Of a DNA stretch of 64,000 nucleotides, positions 29,018 to 39,700 are shown piece after piece. The notes beneath the pieces are model-generated. The model had not been told where the DNA came from. It worked only from the letters and a program-made list of their open reading frames with translations, and did no database searches. The first letter of the stretch is position 1. Every line of letters begins with the position of its first letter. The translations under genes and the position numbers were made by a program. The DNA comes from a virus (taxonomy: Duplodnaviria > Caudoviricetes): positions 64,001 to 128,000 of IMG/VR virus record IMGVR_UViG_2974671799_000001; one strand, given 5' to 3'.

Positions 29018-29025
29018 TATTTATA
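29018..29025 (-). promoter_or_regulatory. T4-type late promoter, extended consensus AAA(C/G)TATA(A/T)ATA
   Basis: Minus-strand copies at 14826, 25884, 29018, 34259, 36217, 36769, 50054, 54129 and 59942 (variant at 46522), mostly upstream of structural genes. Confidence 0.75.
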
Positions 29026-29076
29026 GTTTCAACTTAAAAAAGCCACACAAATATACATAATTTATGTGACTTTTCA

Positions 29077-29330
29077 TTACTTTTTCCTACCAAATAAACG
29101 AGGCATTTTCCATTTTCTACTTTGTTGCTGTCTTTGTTGTTCCTCATAAGACTTTTTCTTTGCTTTAAGTTCCTCACTAACAGACTCAAAATACATACGA
29201 AATTTATAATATGGCATTTCAAGTAATTCAGATGGTTGAATACCTCTCGCTTTGTTTATTTCAATCTCACTTTTATAATAAGAAGTTGTCGTCTTCAATC
29301 TTATCAAAGACAATAGTTTTGATTCCGTAG
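29077..29330 (-). CDS. small baseplate/tail-chaperone C-terminal module (start uncertain; possible frameshift product)
   Basis: YYKSEIEINKARGIQPSELLEMPYYKFRMY resembles the small ORF that follows gp26/gp51-like genes; overlaps the upstream gene in the +1 frame. Confidence 0.6.
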
Positions 29331-30193
29331 GGAAACCGCATTGGTACACCCTCCGAGTGACCACATTTTTCACATACGTTAATAATTTCATTCTTATTAG
29401 TCAATGAAACCTTTTCAGCTAATTTAGCCATATTGATTACATCTTCTTTTGCTAATTCTCTAAATGCATGGAAACAATCTTCCCAATTCTTACTATCACC
29501 TAAATGATTTCTCATGAATGGGAATAACTTAATAAATGCTTTTAATTGATGTTGTTCGATATCGTCTCTTTTAGAAATCATAAATTCCATGATTTCTGAA
29601 TTTTCTTTGATTGTTAAAGGGAAATAACCGTATGTTCTTTTCCCATCACTTGATTTAACATCAATATTAAATTTCCCATCTTTTTCATCATAATACTTAT
29701 CAATTAATGATTCTGTAAATGATAAATTTTGAGGTATAATTTTAATAGTTTGTGTATGACCACATACCTTTCCATCTGCAATATTTTCACATTTATGTTC
29801 GAATGTTAAATCTGTTTTCAAATCAGAATATGTCCTTGCAATAAGTACTAAAGCAAATCTATCAAACTGATAAATAAAAGACGATGTATCTTTAACCTCA
29901 ACATTTCCAACTCTAACTTTAACAACTTCTGAAACTAAGTATTTAAAAGCTTGGTCAACTTCCAAAGGGTTATTTTCATTTAAAGAAGTGAAATAAACAA
30001 CTTCTTTTGTTGAAAATGGTCTAATAGAAATTTGAGTTCCTTTTGGATAAAATCTACCACCATATCCTAATAAATCCATTATGATATCAAGGTGACCACT
30101 TTCTGCTATGTTTTTAGGTGTTAATTGTTTAACTCCATTTTCTTGTTTAGTCACTTCCCCAAGTGCTGAACTATAATCATTTTTTTGCTCCAT
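29273..30193 (-). CDS. T4 gp26/gp51-like baseplate hub / tail assembly chaperone
   Basis: IRPFSTKE, DRFALVLIAR, C...CGH and CEKCGH zinc knuckles; directly downstream of the tail tube gene. Confidence 0.7.
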   Translation of the reverse strand: MEQKNDYSSALGEVTKQENGVKQLTPKNIAESGHLDIIMDLLGYGGRFYPKGTQISIRPFSTKEVVYFTSLNENNPLEVDQAFKYLVSEVVKVRVGNVEVKDTSSFIYQFDRFALVLIARTYSDLKTDLTFEHKCENIADGKVCGHTQTIKIIPQNLSFTESLIDKYYDEKDGKFNIDVKSSDGKRTYGYFPLTIKENSEIMEFMISKRDDIEQHQLKAFIKLFPFMRNHLGDSKNWEDCFHAFRELAKEDVINMAKLAEKVSLTNKNEIINVCEKCGHSEGVPMRFPYGIKTIVFDKIEDDNFLL

Positions 30194-30276
30194 TTTAAAC
30201 TAATTTATTTGTTTACTTTAATATAACAATATAAAACAAAAAATTGGTAACATTTTTTGTTACCAATTTTTATATA

Positions 30277-30819
30277 TTATTGTTCAGAGGTTTCTACACC
30301 ATTACCGATAACAGTAAATGCTAATTGGATAGGTTCATGGTTCGTGATATCATAATCATCGATACCCGAAATATCACCTTTTACCCACGCATCTTTTAAA
30401 GTTTTCGTAGAAATAGTGTTACCTTTTTTGTCTAAACGCTCAACGATTAAAGTTGCCATGTATTCAGAAGCTGTACCATATTCACCTGTTTCTGAGTTAT
30501 ATGCCGCTTTATGCCATTCTCTAATCTTTTTATAAACGTAATTTTGATTTGTTTTATTTAAGTTTAACGACATTGTTATCTCAATTTCTTGGGTGTTATC
30601 AACATCAGTAGAAGCATAATTTCTTTTAGCTCCAAAAGACTGTTGCTGAACATTTTCTACACCAACATCACGAAATCCTGTAACAGAAATTGCGTGTTCC
30701 GTTAATCTTTCATCAGGTGTGATATTGTCAGGTAACAAAAAAGTTAATCTAAAAAGTGAGTTTAAAACAGGTTCATACTTTAATCTACCTGCTTCGCTAT
30801 TTTCAATATGTGCTAACAT
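30277..30819 (-). CDS. tail tube protein (gp19-like)
   Basis: 180 aa; EPV..SLF.LTF, YKKIREW, LKDAW..GDI, LAFT; downstream of the sheath gene. Confidence 0.8.
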   Translation of the reverse strand: MLAHIENSEAGRLKYEPVLNSLFRLTFLLPDNITPDERLTEHAISVTGFRDVGVENVQQQSFGAKRNYASTDVDNTQEIEITMSLNLNKTNQNYVYKKIREWHKAAYNSETGEYGTASEYMATLIVERLDKKGNTISTKTLKDAWVKGDISGIDDYDITNHEPIQLAFTVIGNGVETSEQ

Positions 30820-30833
30820 TGTTATAATTGTTT

Positions 30834-31319
30834 TTAAGTTTGTACATCATCAACAAATTCTCTCGAAATTATAATGAATTGTTGAATTAAATTTTTGATT
30901 TGAAAATCGTTTGAATATCCTTGCATCGTATCTCCATCGAATTTCTTAAATACTTTATAAAAGTTTTTCCATTCGTCAGTTCTACGTATAATTGTTGCTA
31001 ATTTTTTACCCTTCATAAAATCATCATCGAAATATTCAAAAGCAAAATCTTTTGGATTCTTTGAATAATCATCGAGTAAATAAACATAAATCGAACTTAT
31101 TGCCTTTTCAGCTATCTTGAAAAGCTTATCTGTTTCCTCTCGAATAGCTCTCGAATTTGGTGTTGATTTATTGTTTCTATGCCATTGAATCTCAACGGAG
31201 TTAAAATAATCAGCATATTTACAAAGTATTGTAAAGTTTTCAATCACATCATCTTTAACCAAACTTTCATTTATATTCGATTCCAATAAAGGATTATAAT
31301 AACTTATTAATGACTTCAT
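30834..31319 (-). CDS. hypothetical protein, candidate internal head protein
   Basis: MKSLISYYNPLLESNINES leader; inserted between sheath and tube genes. Confidence 0.55.
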   Translation of the reverse strand: MKSLISYYNPLLESNINESLVKDDVIENFTILCKYADYFNSVEIQWHRNNKSTPNSRAIREETDKLFKIAEKAISSIYVYLLDDYSKNPKDFAFEYFDDDFMKGKKLATIIRRTDEWKNFYKVFKKFDGDTMQGYSNDFQIKNLIQQFIIISREFVDDVQT

Positions 31320-31335
31320 AAAAATATCTTATAAA

Positions 31336-31355
31336 ACCACCCTCGAAAGGGTGGT
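31336..31355 (-). terminator. intrinsic terminator (TTCG loop on minus strand)
   Basis: ACCACCCT-CGAA-AGGGTGGT followed by a T-run on the minus strand, after the sheath gene. Confidence 0.8.
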
Positions 31356-31363
31356 GTAAATTA

Positions 31364-34198
31364 TTATAATATCTCGTTTGTAATCTCGCTTGTAGTTCTA
31401 TTAACAACTAAACGGTGAACAACTTTTTCATTCACATATGAAGGAACAATAATTGTGTCCATAACACCTAAAGCGTTAGAAATAATCTCACCCGTGTTGT
31501 TTTTATCATTTACAATATTCTCATAATAATCAACTGCACCTTGTGCTTGGATTGGTCGCATAACGTTATCCATTCTAGTTTTAACAGTTAATCTATTTTG
31601 AGCTGTGTTTTTCTTACCTAATAAGAATAACGCGATTGGTCGCATTTGCTCATAAATCTGAATCATTAATTCATTTACGTGAGCATATTTTAAAGCAGTA
31701 TTTTGTGTAAATCCTGTTCTATTTCCTAAGATAATGTTTCCACCACCTGCACGGAATAAGATAGGATTAATACCTGACTTTTCTAACCATTTTCTATCTT
31801 CATCTGTAAAGTCATACTCTAAAGATTTGATATTAGTTCCAATCACAGTTCCATAGTCAGTTCCGAAAACAGCTTCATATGGATTTCCACTATTTGATTT
31901 AGCGATGAAATTGTTTGATACGAATGGTGCAGGTGGCATAATCATATCAGAACCGTTATCATTCACATTAAACCAAGGAGCATAGTAATAACCATGATTA
32001 GCACCTTGCTTTGGTGAAGCTAAACTAAATGTCTGTGTATAAGGTAAAGATGTATTACCACCTCTAAATATATACTCTGCATTGAACTTACCATCAACTG
32101 TTTGTTTAAAATATGGGTCTGTAGAATTTCTAAATTCATTTATTGAAGGAGCGTTTATTATTGTAGCACCAACATTTCTATTTTTAATAACTTGTGTAAA
32201 TTCGCTCTTTAAGTTATTTTCAATATAAGATTTGAAACCATCTACTAAATATCTGAAATCGATACGCTCTCTATCAGCTAAAGCATCACCTAATTCACTT
32301 ACCAACACATTTAAAACCTCTCTTTGTCTAGAAGCTGTGTTATTAACAAATTGCTCTCTACGTTGTTTATAAGCTCTCATTTTAAAAGGCTTATAAGCAG
32401 AAACCATTTCTTCTAATTCTAATTGTGAGATAACTTGACTAGTAGAACTATAAAAAATCTGTAATGTTTCAGAATTGTTTAGTTCAATTGTTAATTCAGG
32501 TCTTTCAGCAACATTTGTCTCACTAACATTAACACCCATATATAACGGTTTATCAAAACTCACTAAATAAACATTTTTATCAGTACCGTGAGAAGCTTTT
32601 AAAGCATCGATTTGTGCTTGTGTTAATGTTGGTCTTGCTATTACAGAACCACCATCAGATAAAGGAGCATCTAAAGGCGCACCACTTGAATCAAATTCAA
32701 CTAATTGACCCGCTTGCGCGTGACCAACTGGGTAAATAAATTCACCTTGTGCATCTTGTGGGAAAATAGTTCCATCAGCTTGTAAAGGCATTAAGTTTGT
32801 ATGAACACCAACTAAAATTTTAGTTGTACCTTTATATTCTAAGGATGTTACTGATGATAAGTTAGAATCTTTACCAACATATTTATCACCAATCCTAATA
32901 GGCATTAAGTCAACCATATACATCTTTGATGTTTCAGCTAAACTATAATCAAAGTTTGAACCATTTGGTGTTACATTACCAACTAACCAAGGATTCACAA
33001 TATTAATAGCTGTGATATCAATATCTCTACTTAAATCTTCTAACTTGATATCATTATAATCAACTGTCTTATGTTTAGTTGTCTTAACATAAGACGCTGT
33101 TTCTATTACTTGATTATCATAGTTTGATACATCAATTGAACCATCAACCTCAGTATTCCATAAGTTATGACCGTTAAAGTCTATTGGTAATACTTGTTTA
33201 CCACCATTTGATGCATAAACAATGTTATCATCAACATCAACAGTTGGAGTCCAACGACTTGCATTATCTAATACAGTTTTGTTTATACCTGCCATTAAAC
33301 CTACAGTTGTGAAATCTAAATTGATTTGATTAACAACAGAAATATTATTTCCTGCACTATCAGTTAAATCAGGAATTAAAGAACCAGTATAAACACCAAC
33401 AAATCCACTTTCAGAAATTTGAGATAATTGTGTTAAACCATCTGTCGCCTCACTTAAAGTTCCAGTTGTTGAACGAACAATACCTTCATCAGTAAATAAG
33501 TAACCATACTGAGAATTTGCTTTATTATCATCCATGTTAGTTAAATCCTTATCGAAAACAAAAATATCAACGAAAGTATCATTTATTTTATCTTTTGGAT
33601 ATAAGTAACTAGGAACAGTTTTATTTAATGTATTCGCGTAATAAGATTCAATAGTTACATCATCAATACCACTATCAAATGATTTTCTAATGAAAATAGA
33701 TTTACGACTTGAACCAACGTTAGCGATAGAGAAAAAAGCATCTAATTCAGTATTATCAACAACAGCATCAATATCAACCTTCCAAAAACGTTCCGTATTG
33801 AAAAGACTTCTAAATGGTACTGTGGTTTCACCTAAATTGTTTTTATCAGAAGATAATGCTAATTGCAATTTACCCGATAAATCTTGCTCATCATCAAATG
33901 AACGTAAGTTAATACAAGCGATTGGTACACCAGTATTCAACATTTCGAATGCCGAACGATGGAAGTAAGAACCATCACGCTCTAATGTTCTGTCAATATC
34001 ACCATAATAAGACTTAAAATTAGTCCATGTATCATGATATGTTAATGTGTTAACAGCACCTACACGAGATTGACCAACTAGGATTCTAAGACCACTAGAA
34101 GATACTAACTCAGGTACTAAACTTCTGTCATAGTACAAAAAGTAAGTTCCCGCAGGCTTGTTGTTTACTATGTTTGCTAAATCTAAATTTAATGCCAT
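31364..34198 (-). CDS. tail sheath protein (gp18-like)
   Basis: PAGTY...GQSRVG..N N-terminus; YYYAPW, MPPAPFV, GINPI, GNRT, HVNEL, N....R C-terminal sheath motifs. Confidence 0.9.
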   Translation of the reverse strand: MALNLDLANIVNNKPAGTYFLYYDRSLVPELVSSSGLRILVGQSRVGAVNTLTYHDTWTNFKSYYGDIDRTLERDGSYFHRSAFEMLNTGVPIACINLRSFDDEQDLSGKLQLALSSDKNNLGETTVPFRSLFNTERFWKVDIDAVVDNTELDAFFSIANVGSSRKSIFIRKSFDSGIDDVTIESYYANTLNKTVPSYLYPKDKINDTFVDIFVFDKDLTNMDDNKANSQYGYLFTDEGIVRSTTGTLSEATDGLTQLSQISESGFVGVYTGSLIPDLTDSAGNNISVVNQINLDFTTVGLMAGINKTVLDNASRWTPTVDVDDNIVYASNGGKQVLPIDFNGHNLWNTEVDGSIDVSNYDNQVIETASYVKTTKHKTVDYNDIKLEDLSRDIDITAINIVNPWLVGNVTPNGSNFDYSLAETSKMYMVDLMPIRIGDKYVGKDSNLSSVTSLEYKGTTKILVGVHTNLMPLQADGTIFPQDAQGEFIYPVGHAQAGQLVEFDSSGAPLDAPLSDGGSVIARPTLTQAQIDALKASHGTDKNVYLVSFDKPLYMGVNVSETNVAERPELTIELNNSETLQIFYSSTSQVISQLELEEMVSAYKPFKMRAYKQRREQFVNNTASRQREVLNVLVSELGDALADRERIDFRYLVDGFKSYIENNLKSEFTQVIKNRNVGATIINAPSINEFRNSTDPYFKQTVDGKFNAEYIFRGGNTSLPYTQTFSLASPKQGANHGYYYAPWFNVNDNGSDMIMPPAPFVSNNFIAKSNSGNPYEAVFGTDYGTVIGTNIKSLEYDFTDEDRKWLEKSGINPILFRAGGGNIILGNRTGFTQNTALKYAHVNELMIQIYEQMRPIALFLLGKKNTAQNRLTVKTRMDNVMRPIQAQGAVDYYENIVNDKNNTGEIISNALGVMDTIIVPSYVNEKVVHRLVVNRTTSEITNEIL

Positions 34199-34285
34199 TT
34201 TAATAATTAATTTTAAACGTTAAAATTTTACTAACCAAAATATACTTTTGGTTTATTTTATATATACTTTTACATCAAAAAATGA

Positions 34286-36154
34286 CTAATTTTCAATCAT
34301 TTTTTGTGCATATTTACTATCATCTTTTAAATCAACCAAGTAGTTTATTTCATTGAAATTAAAACCATTAGAGGCTAAATAATCTTCTATCAACTCTCGC
34401 AAACTAGGTGGATTAACGGAAACCAACCAAGCTAAATGTAATAGAGGTGTTACCAAATCATCATGACCAACTTCGGCACAAAAATTACCCTTTTCATCTT
34501 TTTGAAAATTGGTTATTTGTCTAATAGTTTTAGAATCATAAATCCTAAATAGCCCCTTTTCCATTGATTTTTTGAACGCTTTTACACTCAAAGGTTTAAT
34601 TGCTCTGTTTGTTAAAAGTCCTACAGTCATTCTATTACTATCAGCACTACGTCTGAATTTAAAGAATGTTTCGGGGTATAATTCCCTATCAAAATTCTCA
34701 TCACCAATATTTAGGATTGTAAGTCTATGATAATCCCCATATTTATTTGCTTCGAATAAATATCTTGTTTGTTCTTGGTTTAAAATCTTTGTATGTAAAT
34801 CACACATAAATTCAGAAAAATCATCTAAACTAGTTGTATTGGATTCAAAAACCATATCTTGAACAAAATAAATATATGGTTTTCCATCAATCATTTTGTG
34901 AGTTATTCTCATAGTATGGTTTGTTGTATAATCAGAATCACCACCCAATCCCTCAGCCAAATCAGCAATATTGATATAGTAGTTTTTATTTTCCTTGTGT
35001 TCAATTTTCTTTGCAATGAATGGTGAAATACGAAGCGCATTTATACCATCACAAACATAATCATTAAGGAAATCATGTTGAAATCTATGTCTCCAATCAA
35101 CAAAATCTCTACTTATTTTATCAAGCTTTCTCATTGTTGATGGGTTCAACAATTTATCCATTGTTGCATCAAATGATAATTCGAATTGTACTTTGAACTT
35201 TTCTAGCCCAATTTCCGAAATCATTCTCTTTGCCCATTCTTTATCTCTTTTAGGAATTTGCCACCAATAAACTTTTGAAGGTTTAAATGTTGTAAGACCT
35301 TTTTCAGCTTTATTATAAAGCTCGAAAAATAAATCCTTACCATTAGGTGTTGATGTAATTATAAGTATGGAGTTATCTACTGCGGCGAGTGTCGGTTGTG
35401 CTTGTGATAAAAACTCTTCCTGTTTCTGTCTATCACCATCGAAACAAAACGCAAATTCATCAATATAAAGAATATAAACAGATAAACCATTCAATGCGTC
35501 TTTTGTACATGGTCTAGCTATAATAACACACTTATTATCAAATGATATAACCTTCTCATTCCAACCAACTATTCCCGCTTTCATATAAAACGGTAACAAT
35601 TCGTAAATTTCTTTTATCTTTGTTAAAACTTCCTTTGAAGTATCAAGTTTATTACCTAATATTGCAGTAAGTTTATTGTTCTGAAAAGTCATTTCCCAAA
35701 GTATATAAATACATGAGGAAGTGGTCTTTGCCGCCTGTCTAGACCATAACATTATATGTCTTCTACTAGGCTCTTCCAAAAATGCCCTTAATTGAGCATC
35801 CTGATAATCTCTTAATTTTATATGTCCTACACCACTACCATTTTTTAATTTACATTGTTCTTCAGCAAAATGATGTAAATTATTCATACAAATAAAATAC
35901 TCTTCTACTTCTTCTTTGGTAGGCTTAAATACTACATCAGCTTTTTTACGATTTATGTTCCAATCAAAAAATGGAGAATGTGTTTTACGACCGTTTTTTA
36001 TATTATCTGTCGCTATATCAACAGTTTCTGTAGTCCAAACCATATCAATAGGCGAATCAGCACCTTTCTGAATAATGGTTGGGTCGAACTTAGCGGGTTG
36101 TTGTGGCTTAGACTTCTTTTTAGACACTTTTTTATGTGCTTGAACTCTTTGCAT
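34286..36154 (-). CDS. terL: terminase large subunit (gp17-like)
   Basis: LRDYQ, SRQAAKTT Walker A, YIDEFAF Walker B, IITSTPNG, ADLAEGLGGDSDY and HDDLV nuclease motifs. Confidence 0.95.
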   Translation of the reverse strand: MQRVQAHKKVSKKKSKPQQPAKFDPTIIQKGADSPIDMVWTTETVDIATDNIKNGRKTHSPFFDWNINRKKADVVFKPTKEEVEEYFICMNNLHHFAEEQCKLKNGSGVGHIKLRDYQDAQLRAFLEEPSRRHIMLWSRQAAKTTSSCIYILWEMTFQNNKLTAILGNKLDTSKEVLTKIKEIYELLPFYMKAGIVGWNEKVISFDNKCVIIARPCTKDALNGLSVYILYIDEFAFCFDGDRQKQEEFLSQAQPTLAAVDNSILIITSTPNGKDLFFELYNKAEKGLTTFKPSKVYWWQIPKRDKEWAKRMISEIGLEKFKVQFELSFDATMDKLLNPSTMRKLDKISRDFVDWRHRFQHDFLNDYVCDGINALRISPFIAKKIEHKENKNYYINIADLAEGLGGDSDYTTNHTMRITHKMIDGKPYIYFVQDMVFESNTTSLDDFSEFMCDLHTKILNQEQTRYLFEANKYGDYHRLTILNIGDENFDRELYPETFFKFRRSADSNRMTVGLLTNRAIKPLSVKAFKKSMEKGLFRIYDSKTIRQITNFQKDEKGNFCAEVGHDDLVTPLLHLAWLVSVNPPSLRELIEDYLASNGFNFNEINYLVDLKDDSKYAQKMIEN

Positions 36155-36167
36155 ATCATTTAATTTA

Positions 36168-36224
36168 AAAATACCTTAAAACGCATTTAAATAAGTTTTT
36201 AAGGTGCGGTTTAAGGTATTTATA
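36168..36224 (-). promoter_or_regulatory. long hairpin overlapping a late promoter upstream of terL
   Basis: AAATACCTTAAAACGCA...TGCGGTTTAAGGTATTT inverted repeat; TATAAATA at 36217-36224 overlaps its distal arm. Confidence 0.6.
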
Positions 36225-36227
36225 GTT

Positions 36228-36719
36228 TTATTCTTGAATTTCAGAGTTTATGCGGTCTAAATACTCGTTTTCAAACTCCCAATCATCATTTCCAGTATTG
36301 AAAACTGTTGAAGCCTTTGTGAGAACAAGTAAAGCCATATCTTGAAGTTTCTTTTCAAATTCCCATAAATCATCATCTGTAAAAGGAACAGTTAACTTAA
36401 TAGCTTGATATGATAAGTTATACTCTTCTTTACCAATAGATTTAATCTGAACTCTATCTTTTTGGTCAATAACCTCGACAAAGTTTATATATTTAACCTC
36501 TTGTGTAATAATTTCATTACCAAACCCATCTATTTCGACTTTATCGACAAAAATAGGTTTGTTTTCGTTTAATCTAACACGTTCAGTTAATATGTGATAG
36601 TACTTTTTGTTATTTCTTGTGTGAACATTTGTTATTGTTCGTCTCAATCTACATGGATTTCCGTCAAAATCAACATCCACGTTTTTATTCGTTATAATTC
36701 TAGAAGGAATAAATGACAT
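36228..36719 (-). CDS. hypothetical protein (possible fibre chaperone)
   Basis: 163 aa directly downstream of the giant fibre gene. Confidence 0.6.
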   Translation of the reverse strand: MSFIPSRIITNKNVDVDFDGNPCRLRRTITNVHTRNNKKYYHILTERVRLNENKPIFVDKVEIDGFGNEIITQEVKYINFVEVIDQKDRVQIKSIGKEEYNLSYQAIKLTVPFTDDDLWEFEKKLQDMALLVLTKASTVFNTGNDDWEFENEYLDRINSEIQE

Positions 36720-36735
36720 ATTTTTGTGTTTTTAA

Positions 36736-36759
36736 AAGCGGGGCTTTGAAACCCCGCTT
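36736..36759 (-). terminator. intrinsic terminator hairpin
   Basis: AAGCGGGG-CTTTGAAA-CCCCGCTT. Confidence 0.75.
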
Positions 36760-36771
36760 GGTTTATATTAT

Positions 36772-39700
36772 TTATAGTATGTTTGTAAATCTTGTATCAT
36801 TATTTACAATCTCTCTACCATCAGCATAATTTGCATTAACAGCGTTGTGCATTATCTTACCGTTATTTACTAAAGCTTTAACAGTATATGCATCAGCAGT
36901 AGCATCAGGTGAAGCCTGTAAAAGATAAGTTGCTGTATTAACCATTAAGAACTTATTAGTTCCCCTAAATTCAATTACAGGGTTTGTTCTAGTAATTGGA
37001 TAATTATTAACACTATCAGCATCAACGATAATTGCATTTGTCGCATTCGCACTTTCAAAATCAACATTCTCAATAATTAATCTTAATGGGTCATACAAAG
37101 TTCCTGAATAATCACGTTGACCAAATCTAGTTCTTGCAACTCTAGCATTAACACTATCATTTTTATAAACTAAATCTTTTAAGTGTACAAAAGACTTATC
37201 GAAATCACCAGTTGTTCCCCTAGTTTGGTCTTGACAATCAAACAAATAACGTGTATTGTTTGTAGATTCTATATAACCAGTAGCAGTAAAATGCAATCTA
37301 AAGAAACTGTTTGTATGTAATAAAATACCCGCGTTTATATGGTCTATAGTACCATGCATTTTAAAGTTAAAAATACCACTTTGTAAACCATTAAAAACTC
37401 TAAAATCGTGGAAATTAGTACCACCTTTTATATCACCCAATTCAATATTAAATGTACCACCATACTTTACAGAATAATCACCATTTGTCATTGCAATAGG
37501 GCTTAAACCACAGTTATTAAATAAAACAACATATCCACCAGTAACACCAGTTACGTCAACTTCACCGATATTGAAATTATAAGTTCCGATTTGACCCTCT
37601 CTAGGAGCGTGCTGAATCATGTATAAAGACGATGATGTTGTTTGTGTACAAATTAATTTCCCAATAGTTAAATTAATTTCATCAAAACCAAATCCTGACA
37701 TTATACCTTGACCGCCTAAATCTCTATTAATTTCATATTCTGCAACATTTACATTAACAATATTTATCTTGCTATCATCACCACTTGTTGCCATTGTGAT
37801 AGGATTATTATTACCCGCACCACCTGTAACATTTCTAACCTTCTTAGCTATAATATCTATACTATCATACATTTTTAAACTCTTAGGTGATAAAACCTCA
37901 ATAATACCATCATTTATTAATATTTTACTATCATAAAGATTTGTATTTGTTTCAATTCTTAATGTTACAGGACTACTAGATTGAATTGTTATACCTCTAT
38001 AGTTATAAGACTCATCATTATTAATTGTAAACGTGTTATTATTACCAACTAATATAATTTTGAAATCAGAATAATCATACTTAGTTGTATTCGTTCTAAT
38101 CTCATCTAAAACATCATTAATATCATTGAAGTATTTATTAATGTTACCAAAAGCAGGTGTATGTGTAATCGCGCCCGATTTTACGATAGCAAAATTACCA
38201 TCATTAGGAACATTTTCTAAATATTCAACAGTAACTAAATGTTTATCTTCTGTTATTTCCGAAACACTAGCATTAGACTTAAAAACACCATCAGAATAAA
38301 CTTCTGTAACAATATTATCACCTAAAACAACTTGATTTGATTTAGTTGGTTGTGCATTATGACCGATTGCCGTTGAATTTTGGAACGAATATAATAAACT
38401 AAATGTATGTGTACCCGAACCTATACTATTAATCGTATTATCAACAAACTCAAATGTATTTGCATCAATAATCTCAATTCTTATTGGAACAGATGGTGAT
38501 AAACCACTTATAGAAGTACCACCACTACTAACAGAATATTGAATCAAAGTAACAGAGCCATTAGCACCGAAACCATGTGAATTTATAGTTATTCTATCAT
38601 TAGCAATATCAATATCTGTATTATTATCAGCAATACTTTTATCATTATATGTTATGATATCATTAAATGCATCTTGACCAAGTGCTGTATTAGAATCACC
38701 TACGGCATATTTTAATGAATTTCTACCTATAGCAGTATTGTTATTACCTGTTGACCTTTCACCTGCATTAGAACCTATTGCAATACCATATTCGTTTGAT
38801 GAGTAAGCACCTGAACTATAACCAATACTTATAGATTGTTGACCCTTATTAGAGTAACCCGCATTATTACCAATACCAATCAAATAATTCGCATCAGCAC
38901 TAAATATTGAAGCTGAACCGATACCAATACCTGCATAAGAGTTAGCATCACGACCAGCATGATAACCAACTAATGTTGCACTTTGACCTGTGTTATTTCT
39001 ACCTGCTTGATATCCGATACCAATAGTATATGCAACAGTATTATAATATATTGATTGGAAACCAATACCTATAGAACCTGTACCTGTATTATTCCCACCT
39101 GATTGATAACCAATACCTATAGCATTTTGACCCGAATTGGAAAATAGTGATTGATGTCCTATACCAATAGAGTTACTACCTGTATTACTTTGAGCTGATG
39201 AACCACCAATCGCAACAACATTATCAGCAGAATTTGCATAAAGTGCTGAACTACCAATACCTATAGAATTGTGACCAGTATTATTAACACCTGATGAACC
39301 ACCAATTGCAACAGCATAATTACCTGTGTTATTTTGTAACGCATAATCACCAATACCAGTACCACCTAAACCTTTACTTCCACTCAATGCTTCAAGTCCT
39401 AAACCAACTCCCGAAGTACTACCCCAAGAAGAACCATTCCAGTATTCTGATTGGAAACGCAACCTAATTTCATTATTTTTAACTCTTAAAGGTGCGTAGT
39501 GTCTAGCAAAATTCGTTCTTTCAGTAATATTATTTGATAATAAATATCTATCACCTAAATTAACATCATTTATAGCACCAGTATAAGGTACTGCATCATT
39601 AGATGTGACAAATCCTTGGTCATTCTCAAAACTAGATAATGAATCAATTTGTTTCCAAGTTAAAACCTCAACTTCATCACCATTATCTAACTTATATTTA

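Noticed and set aside
34286-36154. Intron or intein in terL, portal, MCP or uvsW
   Set aside because: All reading frames are continuous and of normal length; no intein splice motifs or homing-endonuclease motifs were seen
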